A model generated the notes under the pieces. That model did no database searches and was not told the DNA's origin. It saw only the letters and a program-made list of their open reading frames with translations. From Styela clava (lineage: Eukaryota), in assembly GCF_964204865.1 (NCBI RefSeq), contig NC_135253.1, positions 12,090,001-12,154,000 of the forward strand: 64,000 bases of DNA, read 5' to 3'. Shown in pieces: positions 1 to 11,318 of the stretch (its first letter is position 1; each line of letters opens with the position of its first letter). The position numbers were made by a program, and so were the translations under genes.

Positions 1-530
1 TTAATCAGCATTTCAACTCGAAATAACATGACGACTGCAGAGTTTTCATGGAATACCAAAATAACACAGACGCGTTAAAAGAGTAAAGTATAAGTCAACT
101 ATCTTCTTCATAAATATCCACATTCCGATATAAGTGAAGATAATATTGTTCGTTTGAAATTTGGACGGTTAATTCACAAACGTTGATGATAAATACAAAG
201 ACGACGCAAAGGATTAAAATCAGAATAAAATAAGTTGAGTCCTGAATTCGTTCATTAATAGTTGTCTTTGACATACGTCACCGAAGTGGACTCATAGTTC
301 TTCCAGATATATATACAAAAACCAAACTTCAACATCTGTCATTGTGAAATTTATTTAATTTAATGAATTGCCTTCCATGAAATGCATGATGGAGTAGGCG
401 ATTATTATATAAAAAACTTATTCGATTAAGTGTTTCGACTTCATTCGTGAAAAACAACGTTACAATATAGCGAAGGCGATGATATTTGCCATCGAAATGT
501 TGTGATTTTGCGTTGATGAATGTGATAAAC

Positions 531-1489
531 CAGGATGGTCCAATACGCGGCCCGCAGACACATTCCGTGCGGCCCGCAGAACAATTTTAGCGTGCACCAA
601 CACCTTGGCAGATATTTGTATTTATTGGCAGAACATTTTTGAGTTTTTTTTAAACTATTCCAACTGGGAATAGCCGTTTTTCTAATCCCGATGTCGAGAT
701 TGACGTTTGTTAAAATCACGGAATTTCAATGTTGTATCTGTAAAAGTCAAGTCGGTGGCAATAAGAAAACCTTTTGATCGATACAAGGAGAATGAATTAA
801 TTGTCTTGTACAGACAGAACCAAACCGATGAGATGAGTCGCGCTTACTATCTAAATTTCGTGCTTTAAGCTCTCGACAAGTAACTCCTCATTCGGAGTGA
901 CGTTTTGTGCCTTTATTTTAGTAAAAACAATCCTCTATGATCAAGCTTTGGCCACGTGACAGCAGTGACGAACGGAGCCGACTTAGCGCCGCGCAATCCA
1001 GTTTTTTTTTAGCTGGGACCGGAATCCCGACTTAGTTGTTCTTTGACGATAGCAGCAGGCCTGACGCGACAAGTAATAAAATCAGTCAAATATAACAATT
1101 CATCATACGATCAGTGTAATAAAAAAAAGATGACCAGGTAAACTGGGAAATAACGTTTTTCTCTACCCAGAACAACGTCAAACCACAGTGTCTGGTGTGT
1201 TTTCAGGTAATATCTGTCACTGAAGAATGTAATTTTAAGCGACCGTATAAAACCAAACACGAGAAAAGATACCGATTATACCACGGTATTTCTCGGGAAG
1301 CAATTTTAAAATAACTGAAGGCTTTATAGACCTTCCTTCAAACAACTGATTAGAACGGTAAACTCCAAGACTTAAATATATTTCAAGTTAGTAAACTCAC
1401 GAGATTTTCATCACTTTTGTGTTTTCTCAGACTGCGGCCCGCGAGACATCCTCAAAAGTTTTTGCTGCCCGGCAACCTCGGACCACCTT
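531..1489. mobile_element. hAT-type MITE (degenerate)
   Basis: Imperfect TIRs CAGGATGGTCC...GGACCACCTTG. Subterminal GCGGCCCGC motifs at both ends. No clean 8-bp TSD seen. Confidence 0.55.
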
Positions 1490-1837
1490 GTCAGATTACC
1501 AATTCAAATACAGCGACCATCATCTTACGTGAAGACAGATTCCAGACTTCGACGTGTTTATCCCGATCTAATCGACACCATTTTGTTTATGCTCAATTTG
1601 GGACATTGCGTTTTGAATACCAGCGTCCACATGATTAGGACACGACAACACCAACTTTTGCGATTTATGTAATGATTCAGAGATTGTGGAACGTTTATGA
1701 TAAACTGCTTTACGCTTATCAATGAAAGACAAATGCTCTTCAGACTGAAACACCACTATCATTTTTAAATCAAAGGTATTTTTAGGCAACCCTCGCATAT
1801 TGCCTTTACTATTTGAACTTGTAAGGTTTACTTAGAG

Positions 1838-2038
1838 CAGTGGTTCCCAACCTGGGGGTCGCGAAGCACTTTTCGGGGGATCGCAAAACAAAATAATTTT
1901 GTTTTTCGCCATAAAATCCATCCTTATCAGTGGTGAAAAAAAATCAATTCGTTTATAGGAAAAATTAAAAACAAGCAACATTGGAAACCGATTTTAAGGC
2001 CTGGGGTTCCTGATTCTAGAGAAAAAAGTTGGGAACTG
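1838..2038. mobile_element. hAT (Buster/Charlie-type) MITE
   Basis: Ends CAGTGGTTCCCAAC...GTTGGGAACTG. Flanked by 8-bp TSD ACTTAGAG (1830-1837, 2039-2046). Confidence 0.8.
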
Positions 2039-2058
2039 ACTTAGAGGATACTATAGAT

Positions 2059-2603
2059 CAGGGGTCGGGAACCTTTTTGGTCAAGAGAGCCATAAAATAT
2101 ACATATTTTCAATTGCATTTCCGTGCGAGCCATATAACATTTCTTCACTTAATCAGGCCTGAAATGTTTACTCAAAAGTCAACACATACAATGTCAATAT
2201 ACATTTAATGTGATTTCTGATGCTGCATGTAGTCGCTGCGGGCCTTGGAACGGTTGCTCACTTGCAGCCCAAGTTGAAATCTACGGTACTCATCACCCTT
2301 TTTCGTTTAGGCATCTCCGTAGTGTTTTTAAAACTCTATCGCTTTGTGATGTCACAATATATGTTCCAGAATCCCCTTGTTTGTCACAATGCCTGTCTGG
2401 TGATTATCTTACATAACATAGACATGTGCTGGGCGCGCGTTCTCAAACGTATTGGGAATTTTCTGCCAAAATTGGCTATAAAAGTGTTTGAAATCTCGTA
2501 ACAATAGTAAGCTTAGTCTTAGAATATTAGATTTTTCTGGGAGCCATATGCCGTCACCAAAAGAGCCATATATGGCTCGCGAGCCATGAGTTGCCGACCC
2601 CTG
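2059..2603. mobile_element. hAT (Buster/Charlie-type) MITE
   Basis: TIRs CAGGGGTCGGGAAC...GTTGCCGACCCCTG. Perfect TSD CTATAGAT (2051-2058, 2604-2611). GAGCC subterminal motifs. Confidence 0.88.
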
Positions 2604-2615
2604 CTATAGATAGAC

Positions 2616-3507
2616 CAGTGGTTCTTAAAGTATGGGTCGCAACCCAAACATGGGTCGCGGAAGGTTTAAAAATGGGTCTCGACAAGGTCGTCAATGCAAG
2701 GGTAATCTAAGAGGAGAAGGACGAATTTTCAGCTTCCCCAATGTTTCAATTTAGCTTCTAAACTCTGGTATTTAAAAATAATGAAATATAAAATTTCATT
2801 CATGGAAAGAACTGTCTTGAGCTCATTGTTACATCACAATTCTGATATGCCAGTCACGTGTATTATTTTTATGGTATCGGTAACCATGCACGTCGCTTGT
2901 CGCTGTGTTGACCGCGTGGAATGTCCTCTTAGTGGATTAAAATAACCAAAAATGGGTGTCTTTTTGGTAATGTAAATCGTAATAGACGACGCAATGAAAA
3001 AGCTCGCTTCTCGACATTACATGATTCAATATCTAGAGAAAATGTGACCTCATCTCGAGGCACCATTTACCGCGAACGAAGCAGTGCGTGCACATTTGAT
3101 GAGTAAAAAGTTGTATATTGCGAGAGATACCGAAGACAGCTAGGATGTCGTGTTTGCGACGGACAGCGGGCGCCTTTTCTGCTACAATTCTCGACAAGGC
3201 ACTTGTGCGAGCGAGGATATTTGGCACTGACGGTTATCAAAACTAAGCTCGCAATCGCCTCGATACCCGTGACAACTTGCGTATTGCGTTAAGTAAAATA
3301 GAGCTGTGTATTGAAGATATAATGAAAAGGAAATTTCAGTTTCATCAATCTCACTGAGTCAATGGACTGTTTCTAATAAATAGTTGTCTGTATTTAAGTC
3401 AAACTGTACTAACATTAAAAACACATTGTGCGTTATTTAGGATTGGGTCGCGAGTATTCATAAAACTCAAGATTTGGGTCGCGCTCGAAAAAGTTTAAGA
3501 ACCACTG
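2616..3507. mobile_element. hAT (Buster/Charlie-type) MITE
   Basis: TIRs CAGTGGTTCTTAAA...TTTAAGAACCACTG. GGGTCGCG subterminal repeats. Flanks AGATAGAC/CTATAGAC match 6/8. Confidence 0.85.
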
Positions 3508-5833
3508 CTATAGACAAATTAAAAGTTTGTTTTATTTGACCAACGCAAAGGGACTATATTGCTCAAAAGCGCTGATTAGTTTCATACTACACATACAAGA
3601 TGGTGACAAAGTGTTCTGAGGTAAAATTATAGTTGCCAGAAATCCAGATTGGTAATCGGTTCAAGATTTATTATTAATATTTGTTTTTCCAATATTACTG
3701 TCCGTACTCACCAGAAAAGCGGTTAGATTCGCAAAAATGAGATTGGCTTTGGTATTTGAGCCATGGATTAATGAAACTAACGCCCAAAAATCAAGGTTTA
3801 GGTAAATAGTTATTTGATTTCTCATGCAGATTATAATTTTAACAACGTAATTACGTGGTCATCCATCATAACATATCAATCAATTTGATTTCTGGAGAAC
3901 ATATTTACAGACAAACGACAGTTTGGTAGCGACGTAAGAACTTTTTCGCAGAAATACCTCTTATAGGATTGGATTATAGTTTCTCCCATGAAAATAGAAA
4001 ATTTCATCATATTTATAAAAAAATTCTAAGAAATTACAATGAGAAGCTTATGCCGCCAAATAAAAAATATCCATTTGATATGAACAGATTTTATTACGAG
4101 CTTGTTTTCTTTTCGTAAAGCTTTCCTTTTACTCCGTATAAATTTACCACCATCTTCACCATATATAAGGTATTTATTTGTTAGTGCGTTGTTATCGTTC
4201 GATATATTGGGAACGTCAAATTTATAAATATCGTATCGCAAAGGAAATTTCAAACACTGTAATGAATTGGCATTGATGAATGTCATCATAACAACCCCTC
4301 CGTTTAAAAAACGTGAAGTTATCATTAGATGCTACGTTTTAATTTATTGAAATTATGTGTATCGAACATGTCAACAACATAATAATGTCAAAATATTGGA
4401 AAATAGTTTTGATTTTGGAGATGATGGATCAGCATTAGAACAAAATATGATCACGATATGTTTCTGTTTTGTCTGAGTTTCATGTTTCTGGATCCATATA
4501 TTTTTTCTATTACTGGATTGTGAAAAAACGATCACATTGACATCCTTACATGTCGTTGGTCTACAGTCCAACTACAGCGTCTAGCCTGACTCAACATCAA
4601 TGTTTCAAACCAGTTACACAAGCAGATACAGGCAAACGTTTTTACTTCAGACAGGCAAGAAATTGAGAAGACTCGTGACTCATGGGTCTAGTGTCAAATG
4701 GACCAAACGAAATACTAAAGTAATGGGTTTTCTAGTTCCATCCATTTGTGCGTGTGATCATATACCATCAGAAAATGAATGCAGAATTACTAAATAAATA
4801 TGACTAAATTTCCTTTGTTGGGTAGAAGGCTTTAATCCCCGATTGGCTTGGTGGCGGATCCGAGTCATTTTAGGGGGGCACGATGGCCTATAATATACAG
4901 AATAAAAATTAATTCAGACTACTCGAGTCCCTGAAAAATGGCGTTTCGCAGTCAAATCGAGTTTACTAAGAATCGGGATTAGATGAATTTTGTTGGCATT
5001 GCCTGGTCAGGAATATTTGAATGGATTTGTTAAAATCTGCCTCATGATTTGTTGTTGTTCTTGTCTTGTCCCAGCTTATCAAACGGATTAAACGAAAACC
5101 ACACAGACGGAAGTTTTCATGAAAATAGAATCAAACAAAACACATGTGCCGAAACAGATTATGTTTTGGCACTACAACTAATGAAAACAATGTTTTGCGA
5201 TGGCAAATACTTCTGGTTCAAGTTTGGGAATAACAGTCTGCTTCAGCAGCAGGTACACGCACATACATGGAAGCATAACGAGCAATGAGACATAATCACG
5301 ACGCCTCAATTCAATTGCGAGATTTGCTATAACAAACTGACACAGATACATAAGTTTGCTATTACCACGGGGCACGAAGATGTAACATAATGATACAACC
5401 TTGTTAAGTAATAATAAAAACGATATTGACGTATGCTATGCCGCCGGCATTTCGTGCCGTTGTTTTTCGAGTGAGAATTAGACTAGTGACCGGACAACAC
5501 AAATATAATTAATTTTGCCGGCAAATTATCAGACAATTATAGAAATAGGTATAACTACGCTAGTCTTTGCAAATGAAATCAGCTGTTAGTTGGATACCCA
5601 AAATTAACCTAACAAGTTTCGAAAGCCTAAAACTTGAATTGCTGTGACCGATGAATTGTGCAGAGGTAGTTAGCAAAATGCTTCCAGAATATTTTTGACT
5701 GAGTATTCATATAGACGCGTTGAGGTCGTAGGCCATTGAATAATATTATACCTTAGGTACAGTATGTATCTCATGTGACGAGGCAGGTGCATAATAAAGC
5801 ATTCTTTTTATAGATTTAGGAAAGAGGTTGAAC

Positions 5834-8257
5834 ATGAAAAGACTCAATTGCATTTTTTTTGCTTTACTCGTTATTTTATTCATGCATTGCGCAATATCTG
5901 GAGCTCACGAAGACCATGAACATGGAGACGAAGAAGACCATCACGAGGAAGAAGAAGAAGAATTACGTGAGAATTTGGATTTTATTATACACTAGTCATC
6001 GTTCTTTTTACGAATACATATTTTTTACTTTCACAGTGAATGCTAATATATTGCAATACATGAAGGGTGCCAAGCTGAGAGATTATTATGGTAACTTGAC
6101 AACGCCGATATTGGAAATGAAGTTCGGACTTTTAAGGTAAATGAATGTGAATTTACTACTTCGCTAAATGTCATTGACGTTATTGTTGTCATGGACAAGA
6201 TAGTGGTATCGTATCAATCTAACGGTTTTATTATCTATTTTTTTGCCAAATTCGTTTCATTAAAACTTGAATAGAATTGGTATAACAGTGAGAAGCTAAA
6301 CGCTGTTATGGTACCAATCCCTTCGTGTGAGGAAATGTAGACAATTTGACTGCTGACAGGCTTGACCTTCAATTACTTTATCATAGTTCATAAAAATTTA
6401 GAGCAATAGCATTTTCTTTCAAATTCAGCAGTAGTTTTCTAGATTTTGAGGCAGCGAAAATAATATATCTAGTAGTTTTTCATTGTGCTTTGCCCGACAA
6501 CGCCATGCACAAAACCTTTTTGTAACAACGATTATATTATTCAGAAAATTGCACACTTTAAGGTCGTGGATAACTTTACAATTTCACTCAAACGATGTTT
6601 TTGTATATGTATACTATTTAAAGACCGAATTCCTTTTTTGCACATGGTGGTGGCAATATCAGATCATCACGAGCCAGTTAGATAACAATATATATATTTA
6701 TTAAGGTTGCTTGGTTCGTATTTCCCAATCAATTACGATTTGCACCTAATTAAGTGTTATTTTCAATATTCAACATAATTACAATCGAGTTGTATATAGA
6801 AATCAGAATTCATCCAGCAAATAAAACCATTTTTATCAATTAATTAAAGTGGGACGCTTGGAGAAATTACTGGCGAAGTCGGCGAATACATTTTCAATTT
6901 ACCGTATACTGATATACGTATCATGAATGCAGCAGGAAAAATGACAGGCACCATCGAAATCTCAGCCAAACTGACTGCTAAATCTGGATTCCTAAGAAAT
7001 AAAAAAATCGACCTTGATGTCAAAGGCACTTATATAATAATGACTAAAGGTGCAAATGTGAACATCACTGCTAACGTTCCAGGTATGTTGAATATATGGT
7101 GTATATGAAGAATGAAATATGTTTTGTTGTCTATCAAATTTACAAAGTATTAAATTGAGAAACGTTATAAAGATATTCGATACATCTAAACGATAATATT
7201 CTACCATGGCATCAGGCTCTGTTTCTTGAAACGCGCTTTCAATATTGACTGTTTCACATATATATTATTTTTATTTATTTATGAAATTGATGTTGAATTG
7301 TCACTGTATTCCAAACAAACACATGATTTCTTACTTACAAAACGAAAATAATTTGCATTTTGTTCAGATATCTTTGAAGGAAAACATTGTGTATTCTCGT
7401 TGAAAATTTAAAAAGGCATATTTCGGTTGACTTGCTTTATATAACATTAGTGCTCTATGATCATTTTTCAATATTCAGACATAACTAAAGACAATCTCAC
7501 AATAGAGGGGTGCAACGCAACTTTTGCAGAGTCCAGCATCATGTTAGAAATCAAAAAGAAAGATGGAAAGCCAAATTTAGTCGAATCATTCTCGCGCTGG
7601 GTCGACAGAGCTCTGAAACCATACATACCAGAGATATTTTGCAACGCCGTAGAAGAGTGAGAAACAAACTTAAATACACAAAAAATGATTTCCTAATATA
7701 TGTATTCTTTAATTGATTCAAGGGTCTTGATGCACACTGACACAAATATATTTTATTCGTCTGACCTATTTGTGTTAGTAGAAAGCAAGATCCTTGATTC
7801 ACTCAGAATTGGTATTTCCACTCTCGCTACAGTAACTTTACATTACGTATACATAAGTTTCCATCTGCGCAAAAGCATAGGAGAATGATCAGTAGGTAGT
7901 GTCGTAGGAACCCAATCGATAGCATAGATATTCGTGCTATGAAAGTTTGTTGATGTGTTTGGCCATGGACGAATTATAAATAAAAAAGGAACAATTCAAC
8001 GCAAATATTTTTGAAAAGATATATAGATATGAAACATGAAAATGCGTAGCTTTTATTCCTCCTACATATGCATGTATAATAAATTCAAATATATCTCTTA
8101 ATTATTATTGACATGAAATAAAATGATACCTAACCATTAGGCGTATATGAAAAATTGATGATTCTTTTCCTTTTCTAGCGAAGTGAAAAAGGGAAATAAA
8201 TCCAAAGTTGTAAAGTCTGCATTAGCTCAAATTATAGCTGTTATTTTGGGAGGATAA
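5834..8257 (+). CDS. Secreted single-domain BPI/LBP (TULIP)-fold-like protein, paralog 1, with His/Glu-rich N-terminal tract
   Basis: Five GT-AG exons splice in frame: 5834-5966, 6037-6136, 6850-7082, 7479-7656, 8179-8257. Signal peptide MKRLNCIFFALLVILFMHCAISG. Pattern 'GCNAT...W...LKP...FC' resembles the disulfide pair of the BPI N-terminal domain. The fold call is by pattern only. Confidence 0.7.
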
Positions 8258-9352
8258 ACGGTAAGATTTATTCAAAATTTATTATGTGTTATCTTTTTCT
8301 ATTTTTATAACCTTTTTATCTTTTTAAATAGATTACATGGAAAAACAGATCGGGAAAGGACCAGATAATGCAATGAATATATGTGAATTTTTTATTCAAT
8401 GAAATCCTTTGGTAATACTTGTATAATCCGTTATGATAAATCCGGAAAAAATTGCAAAACCATTCATAATAATTAAATCAATTTGTGATTGAATTGTTCG
8501 AATTGTATTTCACGGAAGTACAGCATAACGTAATGCTGCTCGAAAAAAAATGGAGTATAACTGTTTTTAAGTCTCGGATTACGATTAAAAAATACGATTA
8601 TAGAGTTTCAAACATGGGAATTAATACCGATTCACAACATTAGCTAAACTGTTCAGGAATAAATAGTCCATGTAAAACTATTTTGGTACAAGTTAATCCA
8701 ATTTTATGTAATCTCATTTACAAATCATCGGAAAGAATCAAAAGCAGTTGTATGAGTATTTATACAAAACACACTATGAGAGAGATGTGTCGTATTTAAA
8801 TTCGTTGCGAATAGCGCAATGCTTTCATATATAATATGTGTGTAGGTAGTAGGTACCGACGGTAACAAGTGAGTTGATAGCCGAGGCAAAGTTAGTGGGG
8901 AAATGTATCATGGATGACAAGATGTGAAAACTGTAAAATTATATTATTGTATCCTAATAATTCTCAAACCAAACTCGATAAATTAAAACAACAATTGCAC
9001 AAATGTATAGATATGTATAAATATACGTCGCCGCCGATATAACTACTGATTTTGTAAAATAAATTTTTACGAATATTCGCCACTGGTACATCACTAGGAA
9101 GTAAACAACCCTCACTTATGAGTAAAGTTGCAAGCAACATTAGCCTAAAAAGAGATGAAGCAACGTTAACAAACCTTTAACGTGTTTCCATCAGTTGATG
9201 CAAAATATAAAATAGTAGTTGATAGCAATAATCGTGTATTTATCAAATATATTGCGAATATATATATTTATACATAAAAATATTGCTCACGATAATTAAC
9301 TTCAACGTATTGGTAACATGGAAAATTACGCTTTATGCCACGCTCATACCAA

Positions 9353-9613
9353 ATATGGCCTATGGCCTAGTTACCAGTCCATGTCGAGTATGGGATTTTG
9401 TAGCCAGTTATTTGTTTCAGAGACATGGACGTGATGGTGGATGAAACCGTAACCGATCAGCGGTTACTGAACCACCCCTTCGGCAGCGAGGAGTCAGCAA
9501 TCCTCTAGCAAATAATTATCCCCCACGGGATTCGAGCCTGCGAACTGACAGATGGTCATCAGGGGTGCGATGGCAAGTGCATTCCTAACGTTTAGCATGA
9601 TGCGCCAACCGCC
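9353..9613 (-). mobile_element. tRNA-derived SINE
   Basis: The minus strand has an A-box-like TGGCGCATCATGCTAA and a B-box GGCTCGAATCCC. The body is shared with the copy at ~21.6-21.8 kb. Confidence 0.7.
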
Positions 9614-11318
9614 AAGCCAAAAGACCTCAAATGAATAGACACGAAAGTTCAAATGACAAACAGTAGCGACGTACACTGAAATCCGTTACTTGGTCTTTCC
9701 AACCAATTCCTACTTGCAAATCAAGTCCGTAGCAACTCACATAGTAGGTAGCAATAAGAGAGCAGGTGAGCACCGGCTTTGCTGGCCAGACCAGCCTGGT
9801 ATAACGTCACATGGTGGCGTAATATTCGTAAAATCTTGAGAGAAATAGCGAGCCATCTGTATTGATAAATGTAATAGCCTTCTAGCGCTCCAATTATTGA
9901 AAATTAAAAAACGGTTGATTCAGTCATTTCCGAGGAAACGATTATTTCAATAATACCAAACGTCACCTGAACAGATACAACAGTTTAGCAAAACAAGCCA
10001 TATGTACACTTCTGCTCCAAAAACCATCCAGATTTACTTTCCGTGGTAAATAATCCTGCTTCAAATAACGTACAAGCAAAGAAAGCAGAATAATAATTTC
10101 ACACCGATTTCAATTTTTACTACCTAAAGATAGAAGAATTCGTTAGAAGTTACTTCTTGACCCTTGTGTCAATTTATCCGATCACTGCTTTTAGTTTAAA
10201 ATACAAACAAAGTTTAATTCAGCATGAATGTGTACTCAACATCAAATTTCAAAGTACATTTACATCAGTAAGTTTGAAATATCTATTTTCAAATTGTGTA
10301 ATAATATAGAATGACATTTTGATTCATCTCATTGCGGTAATCACGACATTTGTCACAAGGCCTACGGGTGTAAATTTCGCAGCAATTTCGTACTTCACTG
10401 ACAGTCATCGCGTCGTAAGTATTTCAAAGGGCAGGATATTTATTTTTATAACGACTGATGAAGTACTTCGAAAACGAAAGTTTATTAGGGTAAAAAATAA
10501 GAGCGTACTTGTGAATATGACTTCTAGAAACTTTTGCAAAATTGGCAATTTTCTTATATTAATTCTGAGGTCTTAACATAAGCGACTGAAATTTTATGTA
10601 CCTAGTTTCAGTCATTGTACATGTGAATACCCCTTAGAAGATTTAGTCGTACGTGAATGATTGAAGCTTTACGATAAAATCTGGATCGTGGAACGCGATT
10701 GCGAAGTTCACGACCCGCAAAACGTTGTATATATATATAATGATTGCTGATCATTCGATAAATATGGTTCGTGTAAATCGAACATCAGCAATACAAAGAA
10801 GTTACGCCACATTTCTGCATAAGTTACGCGATCTTGTGCGGGATATAATGAGAATATCCTATTGTCTTCGTCGAATAACCTTTTTGTAACGCCGTTTGCT
10901 ATGTTTATGTGACAAAATACCGCGGTATAAAAAAACGAAAAAAGGCAGATAGAATGAGGCTCAAATGTTGTGACAACTTTTGTGATATTTATTTGACAAG
11001 TATTCCCGCATGTGTTCAGCGAATCATGGCGCTAGATTTGTTCGTTTTCATACAGTTTGTTATTTCAGTATCAGCAGGTATATATACATGTATATAAACA
11101 TATGGCATTGCGAAAGCTCCAAAGATCATTCGACGATTCATTATTGAGGCTTACGTTTTACTTGCAAGGTCCATTATTTTAATTAAAATATATAATTTGT
11201 TTTTAAATTTTATTTTTTGTAACTTACTGTTAAAAATTTAAATGAAAATCTCTATTTCATGCAATATTCCAATCTAACCATTTGTATTTGTTCAGAAATA
11301 TATATATTCACAAAAACT

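Noticed and set aside
41-86. Possible terminal exon (VFMEYQNNTDALKE*) of an upstream BPI-like paralog
   Set aside because: Weak acceptor, too short, and upstream context lies outside the window.
9520-9613. tRNA gene
   Set aside because: A/B boxes are present but there is no convincing cloverleaf, and the sequence continues into a repeated body, so it is called a SINE.
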